DNA of 64,000 nt from contig CAWGJT010000006.1 of assembly GCA_963822965.1 (NCBI GenBank), positions 448,001-512,000 on the forward strand, in the 5' to 3' direction. The translations under genes were made by a program, and so were the position numbers. Each line of letters opens with the position of its first letter. Position 1 is the first letter of the stretch. A model generated the notes under the pieces. The model saw only the letters and a program-made list of their open reading frames with translations. It made no database searches and was not told where the DNA came from. The DNA comes from an uncultured delta proteobacterium. GTDB taxonomy: Bacteria; Myxococcota_A; UBA9160; UBA4427. Below are positions 20,200 to 30,948 of this stretch, one piece after another.

Positions 20200-20389
20200 G
20201 CGGGGGCCGATCGATCGCGGGACGACGGATCGGGACGCGACCTTCCGCTCTGCTGCCGGTTCCCGAAGTGCTTGCCTCCTCCAGTGGCCTCTGCGAGCAT
20301 CCGCGCCCGCAGCCGGGGAGCGCCGTTCGTGCCCCGCTGCGAGCGAGTCGGCGATTCGCCGCTCGGCTGCCGATGCATCGAGAGGATCC

Positions 20390-21397
20390 TTGAGTCGAGC
20401 CAACCTGAAGGACGTGGGTCTGGCGCTGCTGGTCGCCTTTCTCGTCGCGGAGGGCCCGCTCACGCCGGCCGCGCGAACCCCTTCCTGGCTCGCGGGCGCC
20501 GCCTCCGGGCTGCTCTTCTTCTGGTGGCGCGTCACGCGTCCGGCCCCGCAGCGCGAGCAGGCAGCTACCGCTCGCAAACGTTGGGACGTGCCGTGGCCGG
20601 TCTGGCTCTGTCTGGGGCTCTTCGCGCTCGCCGCGGCGCCCACCGTCCTGTGGATGTACCAGGAGTGGACGGGCAGCGTCTGGCACAACACGCACGGGAT
20701 GTTGATCCCGGTGCTGATGGTCCTGCTGGGACGGAACATCCTGCGGCGCTCGAAGACCGGCGCGGAGGAGCCATCGCTCTGGGGGTTCGCCTTCCTGGCG
20801 CCGGGCCTGGGGCTCATGCTGATCGACGCCGCGGCCGGCACCCGCTACGTCGCGGCCGTCGGGATCGCATTGTGCCTCCCGGGCTTCTCGCTGCTGCTCC
20901 TGGGCCCGGCGCGAACGCGGGCTCTCGCGCTGCCCCTGACCCTGGGCGTCTTCATGGTCCCGCTGCCGAACTCGTTCGCGAGCCAGATCTACCTGCGAAC
21001 CCTGACGGCGCATGGCGTCGCACCGATCCTGAGCGCGGTGGGAATTCCGACGCTCGTGGACAAGTCCCTGCTCGAGCTTCCGAACGCGAGCTTCCTCGTC
21101 GCCGACGCGTGCAGCGGCTTCTCCACCCTCTACTCGGCGATCGCCATGGGCATCCTGCTCGGCACCCTCTGCCCCTCCCCCCGGCGGCGTCTGCTCGTCT
21201 ATGCGGCGATCGTACCCCTGGCCCTCACCGCCAACATCGTGCGCGTGGTGCTGCTCGTGTTGATCGCCATCTACTTCGACCCGAGCCTGCTCGATACCGG
21301 CGCACACGCCGCCTCGGGTGTGTTCACCTTCTTCGGCGTGCTCCTCGCGCTGATCGTGCTGGCGGATCGCCCCCCTCTGGCGCAGGCGCTCCTGTGA
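20390..21397 (+). CDS. Exosortase/archaeosortase family protein
   Basis: Multi-pass membrane protein with the Cys/Arg/His triad motifs VADACSG, ANIVRV and AHAASG. TTG start. Confidence 0.88.
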   Translation: MSRANLKDVGLALLVAFLVAEGPLTPAARTPSWLAGAASGLLFFWWRVTRPAPQREQAATARKRWDVPWPVWLCLGLFALAAAPTVLWMYQEWTGSVWHNTHGMLIPVLMVLLGRNILRRSKTGAEEPSLWGFAFLAPGLGLMLIDAAAGTRYVAAVGIALCLPGFSLLLLGPARTRALALPLTLGVFMVPLPNSFASQIYLRTLTAHGVAPILSAVGIPTLVDKSLLELPNASFLVADACSGFSTLYSAIAMGILLGTLCPSPRRRLLVYAAIVPLALTANIVRVVLLVLIAIYFDPSLLDTGAHAASGVFTFFGVLLALIVLADRPPLAQALL

Positions 21398-22029
21398 TCC
21401 GGTTCTCCTCCCGCTACGTGCCCGCGATGGCGGCCCTGCTCACCGTCGCCCTGGGATTGATGATCCACGGCCGCCTGACCCCGCACCGGGACGAGTGTCT
21501 CGATCGCAGGGAGCTGCTCGACGGCGTCGCCCAGGATCCGCGCGTCACCCTGCGGACCGAGGGACCCCATCGAACGCGGCTCGAGGCCGGACAGCTCACC
21601 GGGTCGCTTCGGCCGGAGGCAGAGGGCGCGGTGGAGCTGCCCCTCACGATCCAGGAGACCTTCGGCCTGCCGAACCTCCTCCTGCAGCCCGCCCAGGCGC
21701 TCCCGGGACGGCGCGAACCGGACGACGTGGAGGAAGCGCTGCTCGAGACGCCCGACGGTCCCCTTCCGGTCCGCTACGCATACGAGCGCCGCGGACGGAC
21801 CGTCCGGGTGACGGGGTACTTCATGACGTATCGCGGCGAGGCGATTCGCAGCGCGCTCTGGACCCGCATGCGGCAAGGTCCCGAAGCGATCTTCACCGGC
21901 AGCTACCCCATCACGCTCTTCGCGATCGCGGCGCAGACGCGCGCGATCGCGCTCGCCCCCAGCCTCGAGCGGATGAACGCGTGGCTGCGCGAGGCGTGGG
22001 ACCGCTACCGACGGACCTGCGCCCCCTGA
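21394..22029 (+). CDS. Exosortase-associated periplasmic protein (occupies the EpsI position)
   Basis: GTGA overlap with the exosortase; one N-terminal TM segment followed by a soluble domain. Confidence 0.6.
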   Translation: MIRFSSRYVPAMAALLTVALGLMIHGRLTPHRDECLDRRELLDGVAQDPRVTLRTEGPHRTRLEAGQLTGSLRPEAEGAVELPLTIQETFGLPNLLLQPAQALPGRREPDDVEEALLETPDGPLPVRYAYERRGRTVRVTGYFMTYRGEAIRSALWTRMRQGPEAIFTGSYPITLFAIAAQTRAIALAPSLERMNAWLREAWDRYRRTCAP

Positions 22030-22096
22030 CGGGGCGGACGTCGCGGCCGAAGCCCGGGCGGGCGATGCGGCCGAAGCCTCCTCCGGCTCCCGGCGC

Positions 22097-23029
22097 TCAG
22101 GAAGTCTTCAGAAAGTCGCTTCGCTGGGCGTTCAGGAGCCGCTTGACCGCGGATTCCCGCACGCGCACCACGAAGGGCCGATCGACGGCCTTCACGAAGC
22201 GCTCTCCGTCGACGAGCGCGCCGACCCGGTAGCCCCCGGAGATGGACTGATCGTCGGCGGCGACCGTCCAGTCGATGCGCACTCCTTCGTCGAAGCCCTG
22301 GTCGGGCTCTACCTGGGAGCCCACGGGCCGCGTCATGCGAACCCCCGCCGCCGCGGTCAGAAACTGGTCGATCTTGTCGGAATCCGCGCTCTCCCCGTCG
22401 GCGAGGTCGGCGAGGGTCCAGTCGTCGCCGGTGCGTTCGAAGTGGAGCTCGCCGTGGTCGTTCCGGACGGTCACGGCGGACAGCTTCGCCACGTCGGCGT
22501 CGACGTACGACGTGTCGTAGTAGCTCGCGGAATCGTCCCGGAACGACCATTCGCTGGCGCCCGTCGCGCGATAGACGTCGTCGTCCCCCACGCGTCGCAG
22601 GTTGACGCTCCGGCTCGTGGCGGCGCCCATCAGCCACTCGGAGCTCTCGCCGTCCGCGACCATCCGGATCCGGCGCCCGTAGCTCCCGTCCGCCACCTTC
22701 AACGCCTCGTGGCTCTCCGGGTGCGTCGCGATGGGCCCGGTGGTGGTGAGTCCCAGCAGGGAGTCCAGCAGCCCGTCGACCTTGGTGGGGCTCGCCGGAT
22801 AGTCGGCCGCCGAGGCCACCCGCCAGCCGTCGCCCTTGCGCACGAGCTCGACGCCGGCGGGCTTGGCGTCGCCCGCAGGAGCCGCGCTGATGTCGATCTC
22901 CTCGATGGCTTCGCGAGGCAGGTCGAAGACCGGCCGGCGGGCGCCGGGGGCCCTCGTGGGCCACCAGGTGAAGGCCGCCAGACCGATCTGGGCGGCCAGC
23001 ACGACGACGAGCACGCGATGGGCGCTCAC
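22097..23029 (-). CDS. DUF4340 domain-containing protein
   Basis: N-terminal anchor, repeated W-(x)-YPA..KVD.LL pattern; last gene of a Gld-like ABC operon. Confidence 0.8.
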   Translation of the reverse strand: MSAHRVLVVVLAAQIGLAAFTWWPTRAPGARRPVFDLPREAIEEIDISAAPAGDAKPAGVELVRKGDGWRVASAADYPASPTKVDGLLDSLLGLTTTGPIATHPESHEALKVADGSYGRRIRMVADGESSEWLMGAATSRSVNLRRVGDDDVYRATGASEWSFRDDSASYYDTSYVDADVAKLSAVTVRNDHGELHFERTGDDWTLADLADGESADSDKIDQFLTAAAGVRMTRPVGSQVEPDQGFDEGVRIDWTVAADDQSISGGYRVGALVDGERFVKAVDRPFVVRVRESAVKRLLNAQRSDFLKTS

Positions 23030-25926
23030 GACGCGGCTCCCGAGGTCTTCCCGGCCGGCACCCCCAGCGGGCGGACGCGGCGACGGCGGCGGGCCGGCAG
23101 CAGGGTCGCCACCCCCAGCATGCCGGCGCTGAGGGCGACCGTTCCCGCCTCGTAGGCGCGCGCCTCGTCCTCGCTCACGGGGCGCAGCGTGCGCGCGAAG
23201 GCGCCGGAGGAGCGGATGGCGAGGAGGTCCGTGTCCTCCACCGACCAGTCGATCAGGTTCTGCACGAGCTGCAGGTTGCTGCGGTGCACCTCGCCGCCGG
23301 GCTGCGCGGCGAGCTGCAGCATCAGATCGGAAACCATGTCGGACGCGCCGAGCACGACGAGGCGCGCGTCCGGCAGCGACTCCTTGAGGGTGCGTCCGGT
23401 GCGATCCGCCTGCGCGTCGCCCTTCTCGTCGCCCGAGCCCTCGAAGAGCGGCGAGGGCCTCGCGGCGTAGTAGCTGGGGAAGCGTCCCGTGAGGCTGACC
23501 CCCACGACCTGGGCGCCGGTGGGACCGGCGGGCCCGAAGCCCGTCTCCGGATAGCGCTTGAAGTCCGGCTCGATCTCGCCCCGGGTGTTGCGCCAGCTTG
23601 CGGGCGACGTCTTCAGCAGGACCGAGGCTTCGACGCCTTCGGGCGGCGCGACCTCGAGCGGCGACGCCCAGGGTGCCGTCACGTTGGGCAGCCCGGTGAA
23701 CACCGGCGACCCCACGGCGAACCCCTCGCTTCGCAGGTCGGCGAAGAACGGGTACGGCACCATCCGGATGCGCTGGAAGCGGAAGCCTCCCCGATTCTCC
23801 GTCACCGGGATCGGGAACGGCACGTTCTGCGGGTCCATCACCAGCGCCGGGGGCACGGTCACGCCCCAGGTCCCGAGCAGATCGAAGATCGACTCCGGCG
23901 CGGCCCGGGCGGCCAGGGTGCCCTGGGCGGGGTGGATCTCGAAGCGCGTCGCCAGCACGATCATCTTGCCGCCGCGCATCAGGTACTGGTCCAGGGCGAA
24001 CTTCTGCCGCTCGCTCATCTCGCCGGGCTTGGCGACGATCAGCACGTCGATGACGTCGGGGACCACGCCGTCCTCGAGGTTCAGGCGCTTCACCTCGTGG
24101 TCCTCACCGAGCAGCTGCTCGAGGATCTGATAGTCCGGGTGCGGGGGCGGCGGCTGGAGCTGGGGTGGCAGGTTGGGATTCATCGGGGGCGCCTCGGGTG
24201 TCGCCGTGAACAGCCCCACGGTCTTGAGCTGTCCCGGGGTGACCCGCCGGATCGCCGACTCGAGGGCCACCTTCAGATCGGACTCGGAGAGGTCGCTGCG
24301 GGGGAGGATGCGCTGGGGCTTGTCGGTGCCCTGGAGCAGCAGGTCGAGATAGAAGGTCTGTCGCCCGAAGAGGTCCACCGCCAGCGGCTGGATGCCGAAC
24401 TCGTCGGCCAGGTGCTGCTTCAGGGTCTGCGAATCGCCGTTCGCCGGCGCCCGGGGATCGACCTCGCGGAACTCGAGCTTGCCGTCGCTCGTCGCCACCA
24501 GGTCCTTCGCCACCTTGCGGATGCGGTCCGGCAGCTCGCCGAAGCCCTCCGGCAGGGTGTCCGGCGTGACGTACAGGGTGAGGGTGAGGGGAGCCGGCAG
24601 CCGCGAGAAGACGTAGTCCATGTTCTGGAAGTCCTGGGACACCCGCTTGATGGTGCGCGTCACGTCGTACTCGAGATTGCGCAGCCGGACCTGGATCCCG
24701 TCGTCGTCCGCGAGCACGTCGATCAGCTCGTCGAAGCTCAGGGACGCGTGCTGGTCGCCGTAGCGGATCAGGATGTGGAAGTAGGAGTTCACGACCGACT
24801 GCTGGTGCCGGTCCGCCACCCGGAACGGCACGCTGCGGATCTGGTACTGCTCGTTGAGCTCCGACTCGAGCTCCTCGTCGGCGTTGGGGTCGGCGAAGTT
24901 GACCTGCACCTTCCCGCCCCCGTAGACCTCGTACTCCTTCAGGAGATCGCGAATCTGCGGCACCAGCGGCGCCAGCAGCGGGTGCGTGCGCTCGGAGAAG
25001 TAGCCGTCGATCCGAAGCGGCTCGGGCAGGTTGCGGAGGGTGTCGATGGTGGTCTGGCTGATCGAGTACTCGCCCTGGGCGGTGAGGTCGACGCGTGCCC
25101 GGGTGACGGGCGCGAGCCAGAGGTTCGCGGCCACCACGTTCGCGCCCACGAGCCCGACGCTGGTCCACTGGGCGAGGCGACGGCTGCGCCCCGACGCGGA
25201 CCCGGGATCGATCCGATCCTGCTCGAGGAAGAGCCAGTTCAAGCCCAGGAAGAAGATCGCCAGGCCGGCGTAGTAGACGAGATCGCGCAGGTCGAGCACG
25301 CCCCGCTCGATGCTCTCGAAGCGCGAGCCGGTGCCCAGCGCGCGCAGCACGTCGGCCGAGGTGTTGCCGAAGAAGGCGGTCACCCCGTCGCTGCCGAGGA
25401 AGTAGAGCGCGCCCGCGACGAGCACGGTCAGCATCAGAGCGACCACCTGATTGTCCGTGCGCGCGCTCACGCACAGCCCGATCGAGAGGTAGGTGGCGCC
25501 CAGCAGGAGCGCCCCCACGTAGCCGCCCACCACGGGACCCCAGTCGAGGGGCCCCAGGAAGGAGACGCCGATCGGGATCGGGAGGGTCATCGCCAGGGAG
25601 ATCGCCACCAGCGCCATGCCGGCCAGGAACTTGCCGAGCACCAGGTCGCGGGTGGAGACGGGAAGCGTCAGCAGGACCTCGAGGGTCCCCATCTTCTTCT
25701 CTTCGGCCCACTGGCGCATGGTGAGGGCCGCCACCAGCAGGATGAGCCACACGGGCAGCCACTCGAAGAGGGGCCGCACGTCGGCGATCCGGCGGGCGAA
25801 GAAGGCCGAGTGGCCGAAGAAGCTGTACAGGACCGCGGCCAGGAACAGACCGATGAAGATGAGCGCCACCGGCGACTGGAAGGACGCCCGCAGCTCCTTT
25901 CGCGCGACGATCGCGACGGGGCTCAC
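23026..25926 (-). CDS. Fused ABC-2 permease/GldG-like auxiliary protein (GldF-GldG fusion)
   Basis: KELRASFQSPVA, WAEEKKMGTLEVLLTLP, then RVDLTAQGEYSIS, NLEYDVT, LDQYLMRGG, NLIDW, LLAIRS. Confidence 0.88.
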   Translation of the reverse strand: MSPVAIVARKELRASFQSPVALIFIGLFLAAVLYSFFGHSAFFARRIADVRPLFEWLPVWLILLVAALTMRQWAEEKKMGTLEVLLTLPVSTRDLVLGKFLAGMALVAISLAMTLPIPIGVSFLGPLDWGPVVGGYVGALLLGATYLSIGLCVSARTDNQVVALMLTVLVAGALYFLGSDGVTAFFGNTSADVLRALGTGSRFESIERGVLDLRDLVYYAGLAIFFLGLNWLFLEQDRIDPGSASGRSRRLAQWTSVGLVGANVVAANLWLAPVTRARVDLTAQGEYSISQTTIDTLRNLPEPLRIDGYFSERTHPLLAPLVPQIRDLLKEYEVYGGGKVQVNFADPNADEELESELNEQYQIRSVPFRVADRHQQSVVNSYFHILIRYGDQHASLSFDELIDVLADDDGIQVRLRNLEYDVTRTIKRVSQDFQNMDYVFSRLPAPLTLTLYVTPDTLPEGFGELPDRIRKVAKDLVATSDGKLEFREVDPRAPANGDSQTLKQHLADEFGIQPLAVDLFGRQTFYLDLLLQGTDKPQRILPRSDLSESDLKVALESAIRRVTPGQLKTVGLFTATPEAPPMNPNLPPQLQPPPPHPDYQILEQLLGEDHEVKRLNLEDGVVPDVIDVLIVAKPGEMSERQKFALDQYLMRGGKMIVLATRFEIHPAQGTLAARAAPESIFDLLGTWGVTVPPALVMDPQNVPFPIPVTENRGGFRFQRIRMVPYPFFADLRSEGFAVGSPVFTGLPNVTAPWASPLEVAPPEGVEASVLLKTSPASWRNTRGEIEPDFKRYPETGFGPAGPTGAQVVGVSLTGRFPSYYAARPSPLFEGSGDEKGDAQADRTGRTLKESLPDARLVVLGASDMVSDLMLQLAAQPGGEVHRSNLQLVQNLIDWSVEDTDLLAIRSSGAFARTLRPVSEDEARAYEAGTVALSAGMLGVATLLPARRRRRVRPLGVPAGKTSGAAS

Positions 25927-26912
25927 GACGCCTGGGCCTCCGCGCGGGCGAGCAGCTCGCTGGCGCGACGGCTCTGCAGCTCCTCGAACACGCTCTCGAG
26001 GGTGCGGCTCTCCGGTGCGACGGCGCCGATGGTGAAGCCCGCGGCCCGCGCGGCGTCGATGATGGCGGACACCGGAGAGGTGCCGGGCGCGCACTGGACC
26101 GCCCAGGTGGTGAAGCGGCGGTTGCGCGGATCGGGGCCGCGAGCCGTCACGCTGCCGACCCCGTCGATGGACCCCAGACGACGGACCACGTCGTCCGCCG
26201 CCCTTCCGTCACCGCCTTCGGGGGGCGCGAGCGACACGCGGACGACGTCGCTGGCGACGAGCTCGGCCAGCGGCTCGTCGGCCACCAGACTGCCCTCGAT
26301 CATGATGAGGACCCGATCGCAGACCGCCTCGATCTCCTGCAGGATGTGGGTGGAGAGGATGATCGTGGTGTGCTCCGAGAGCTTCCGGACCAGCTCGCGG
26401 ATGCTCTGGATCTGCACCGGATCCAGCCCGTTGGTGGGCTCGTCGAGCACGAGCACGTCGGGCTCGTGGATGATCGCCTGGGCGATGCCCACGCGCTGCC
26501 GATAGCCCTTCGAGAGCGTGCCGATCGCCCGCACGAGATGCTCCTCGACACCCACGGCCCGGGCCGCCGCCACCACCGCCGCGTCCACCCGCTCGGGCGC
26601 GATCCCGCGCAGCTCCGCCACCATGGCGAGGTACTCCTGGACGAGCATCTCGGGATAGAGGGGCGCGTTCTCGGGCAGATAGCCGATCTGGCGCTGGACG
26701 CCGGCGCGATCAGCCGCCACGTCGACGCCGCCGACGGACGCGGAGCCCGAGCTGGCCTCGAGGAACCCCGTCAGCACCTTCATGACGGTGGTCTTGCCCG
26801 CACCGTTGTGACCGAGCAGACCCACGATCTCGCCTCGACCGATCTCCACGGAGAAATCGTCGACGGCGAGCAGGGAACCGTATCGGCGCGTGAGGTGGCT
26901 GATCGAGATCAT
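25923..26912 (-). CDS. ABC transporter ATP-binding protein (GldA-like)
   Basis: Walker A GHNGAGKT, signature LSKGYRQR, Walker B VLVLDEPTNGLDP, STH. Confidence 0.93.
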   Translation of the reverse strand: MISISHLTRRYGSLLAVDDFSVEIGRGEIVGLLGHNGAGKTTVMKVLTGFLEASSGSASVGGVDVAADRAGVQRQIGYLPENAPLYPEMLVQEYLAMVAELRGIAPERVDAAVVAAARAVGVEEHLVRAIGTLSKGYRQRVGIAQAIIHEPDVLVLDEPTNGLDPVQIQSIRELVRKLSEHTTIILSTHILQEIEAVCDRVLIMIEGSLVADEPLAELVASDVVRVSLAPPEGGDGRAADDVVRRLGSIDGVGSVTARGPDPRNRRFTTWAVQCAPGTSPVSAIIDAARAAGFTIGAVAPESRTLESVFEELQSRRASELLARAEAQAS

Positions 26913-27233
26913 CGTCGGTGGTCGAGATCGTCGCTGCGGATCATCGTCACGACCCGGTCCGACCGGGAGGATCGGGACCAGGGCGCCATCGGTCCCGGAC
27001 GATCCGCGAAGGGGCTTGTATCCAAAGCAGCGCGAGTTCGCAACCTCGCGCTCCAGGGCGGGTCGAGTAGAATGCGGCCCCTCCCGCCGCATCCGGGTTT
27101 CACCATGCCGATCCCCCTTCTCTTGCGCACAGTCCTGCCTCGAGTCGCGCCGGGCGTCCCGGCGCGAGCCCGCCCCTGCCGGAATGCCCCCCGGCCGTCG
27201 TCCCCGCGCGCGGGTCGGGGCGCGCCCGGTCGG

Positions 27234-28280
<1,047 letters not shown>

Positions 28281-28532
28281 CGCCGGGCCCCGGTCCCGAC
28301 GAGGGCGGGCGGCGGGGCTCTTCCCGCCTCGACCCGCTGGCCGGGTCCCTGGCCGCGCTGGGCGCCGCGGGCGATGCCGGTCCGGCGGACGTCGAGCACC
28401 TCTCCGCGAGCGACGGCCTCCCGCGCGCGTTTCGCGGCCATCGGGCGCGGGAGCCCCTCGCAGCGGTGATCCCGTGGATCGTGGAGCGCGCGGGCGCCGC
28501 ATCCCGGGGTCGGACCGAGCCCGCGTGACCCG

Positions 28533-28880
28533 TCAGGCCGAGGTGGAGAGCCTCGCGAGCAGCTGGAAGTACGCCTCCGGCGCCGACAGGATGCTGAGGC
28601 CGAGACCGCTGGGAATGCCCGTCGTGTGATGCCGACTCATGCGGTGCTCCCGAGCCACCCGGGCGTGGAGCTCGAGCTCGCCCTCCTCCTCGTGGAGGAT
28701 CACCCGGACCACCGACCCGGTCTCCGCCTTCTCCTGGCTGCGCACGTAGAGCCCGCTCGCCGAGAGGTCGGTCACGAGGCCTCCGTGCCGCTGGCCCTGC
28801 ACGATGAGCTCGCAGGGCACGCGGCGGCGAAAGCGGGTGAAGGCGACCGGACGCCTGCGACGCTCGTCGGTGACGGACAT
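28533..28880 (-). CDS. PilZ domain protein (c-di-GMP receptor candidate)
   Basis: RxxxR (RFRRR) and DxSxxG (DLSASG) motifs. Confidence 0.8.
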   Translation of the reverse strand: MSVTDERRRRPVAFTRFRRRVPCELIVQGQRHGGLVTDLSASGLYVRSQEKAETGSVVRVILHEEEGELELHARVAREHRMSRHHTTGIPSGLGLSILSAPEAYFQLLARLSTSA

Positions 28881-29027
28881 GCGGACCCAATCGGCAGATC
28901 GCAGCGTCGGCTTCAGCGGAAGCTGCGTCGCCCCTCGGGAAGCGTGCGCCGGATCACCGCTGGCATCCACCCGAACGCGCCGCCACCCTCTCCGGCCCAC
29001 CCTTCCCCGCTCGAGGAGGCCCGGCCG

Positions 29028-29999
29028 ATGACCCGCATCTTCTACGACAGCGACGCCGACCCGGCGGCGATCGAGCACGAGCGCATCGTCGTCGTGGGCT
29101 ATGGCAACCAGGGACGCTCGTGGGCCCTCAACCTGCGGGACTCGGGACTCGACGTGAGCGTCTGCGTCCGCGCGGACCATACCCGGGACCGGGCGCGCGA
29201 CGACGGGTTCGCGGTCCTCGACCTCGACGCGGCGGGCGAGGCGGACATCCTGTGCGTGCTGGTGCCCGACGACTCGATTCCCGGCCTGCCCCTGAAGCCG
29301 AGCGAGTCCACCCTGACGGTGGTCGCGAGCGGCTACTCGCTGGCCTTCGAGCGCTTCGATCCGCCGGGCGACGTCGCCATGCTGGCGCCCCGCATGCTCG
29401 GCCCGGAGGTGCGTCGCTGCTACCTGGAGGGCGTCGGCTACATCACGGCGCTGGGTGTTCACCGCGACGTCACGGGTCGTGCCTGGCCCCGCCTGCTGGC
29501 CCTCGGAGGGGCCCTCGGCGGCCTGCGCCAGGGGGCGATCGAGCTGACGCCCCGGCAGGAGGCGGTGCTCGACCTCGCCGTGGAGCAGATCCTGTCTCCC
29601 GCCCTGACCCACGTGAACCAGGCCTTCGTGGTCACGATGCTTGCCCAGGGCATTCCGCTGGAGGCGATCCTGACCGAGCTCTACCTCTCCGGGGAGGTCG
29701 AGCGGAACTACCGGCTGCTGCGCGAGGTGGGCTTCGTGGGACAGCTCGGACTCCACTCCCCGACGAGCCAGTACGGTCAGCTCTCGCGGCGCGGGGCCTA
29801 CGACCACCTCGACTTCGGACCGAAGATGCGGGAGCTCGCGGAGGACATCGCATCGGGGCGGTTCGCGGACGAGTGGGACGCGGAGAGCCGTGCGGGCCAT
29901 CCCCGCCTGGCGGCGCTGCGGGAGGAGCACGCGGGGCCCCTCGTTCGGGCCATGGAGGAGGACATCCGTCGCAAGCTCGGGGAGAGCCGCTCCGAGTAG
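29028..29999 (+). CDS. ilvC: Ketol-acid reductoisomerase-like protein (divergent)
   Basis: GYGNQG..ALNLRDSG, LVPD, DL..EQ, SPTSQYG, I.SG.FA.EW; GAGGAGG upstream. Confidence 0.75.
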   Translation: MTRIFYDSDADPAAIEHERIVVVGYGNQGRSWALNLRDSGLDVSVCVRADHTRDRARDDGFAVLDLDAAGEADILCVLVPDDSIPGLPLKPSESTLTVVASGYSLAFERFDPPGDVAMLAPRMLGPEVRRCYLEGVGYITALGVHRDVTGRAWPRLLALGGALGGLRQGAIELTPRQEAVLDLAVEQILSPALTHVNQAFVVTMLAQGIPLEAILTELYLSGEVERNYRLLREVGFVGQLGLHSPTSQYGQLSRRGAYDHLDFGPKMRELAEDIASGRFADEWDAESRAGHPRLAALREEHAGPLVRAMEEDIRRKLGESRSE

Positions 30000-30060
30000 C
30001 GTCCGCGCCGCCTCGCGCTTCGGAACCCCGATCCGGCCGCGACCGGGTCAGCGCGGCAGC

Positions 30061-30100
30061 GTCAGCGCAGCAGCGCCTCGGTCAGCGCAGCAGCGCCTCG
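30061..30100. repeat. Perfect 20-bp tandem duplication of the TetR 3' end
   Basis: GTCAGCGCAGCAGCGCCTCG twice, with a partial third copy at about 30047. Confidence 0.9.
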
Positions 30101-30705
30101 AAAGTGCGCCGCATGACCGCCTGGGCGCCAGCGGGGTCGAGGTCCTGCACCAGGCGAAGGGCCTCCCAGCTGTGCCAGGAGCACGCGACGATCAGGGCGG
30201 CGAGCACCTCGCTGCGAGCGGGCTCGGCGAAGGCGTCCAGCTCCCAGCGGAAGATGAACTCCGTGTAGCGCCTGCGGATGCGGTCGGTCCCGAGCAGGAT
30301 CTCGCTGACGTCGGGCGACTTGTCGCGTCGGACGCCGTGGCGGAATCCGCGGAACATCCGGGACAGCGGCATCGTGCGCTCGAGCACCTCGCCGTGTCGC
30401 TCCACGAAGCGGCCGACGCGCTCGTCGAGGGAGAGATTCGGCGGAATGTCGACGTGGGTCGCGACCACCCAGTCGAACGCGCGCCGGGCGGAGGCGGCCA
30501 GCACGCCTTCCATGTCTCCGAAATGGGTGAACACCGAGCGGGCCGACACCCCGGCCCGCTCCGCCAGCTCCGCCCCCGTCGGCGGCAGGTCGGCGTCGGC
30601 GACGAGCTCTTCGTAGGCCGCCAGGATGGCTTCCCGCGTCCGGATCCCGCGCGCGATGCGGCCGTCGTGTGTGCGGAAGGTCTCGGTCCCCAGCGCGTTC
30701 GCCAT
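30082..30705 (-). CDS. TetR/AcrR family transcriptional regulator
   Basis: DGR..R..RTREAIL...ELAERAGVSARSVFTHFGD helix-turn-helix. Confidence 0.9.
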   Translation of the reverse strand: MANALGTETFRTHDGRIARGIRTREAILAAYEELVADADLPPTGAELAERAGVSARSVFTHFGDMEGVLAASARRAFDWVVATHVDIPPNLSLDERVGRFVERHGEVLERTMPLSRMFRGFRHGVRRDKSPDVSEILLGTDRIRRRYTEFIFRWELDAFAEPARSEVLAALIVACSWHSWEALRLVQDLDPAGAQAVMRRTFEALLR

Positions 30706-30948
30706 CTGCTCTCCGTCGCGGGCTTCGAGCGATCTTACACCACAAACGTGATCGGCGTACGCGCAGTCTGCGAGCAGCAGACCGGCAGTCGCCGGCCGAA
30801 GTCCCCGTCGCGCCGAAGCCGAAGCGGTCTTCGACGGGTTCACGAACTCGACGATCGGGTCAACTGGCCCTGCCGCACGGACGATGAGTCTCCGGAGACG
30901 TGCGTGGCGCCCGATTCGCGATCCAACCCACGGAGCCCGACCGACCCG

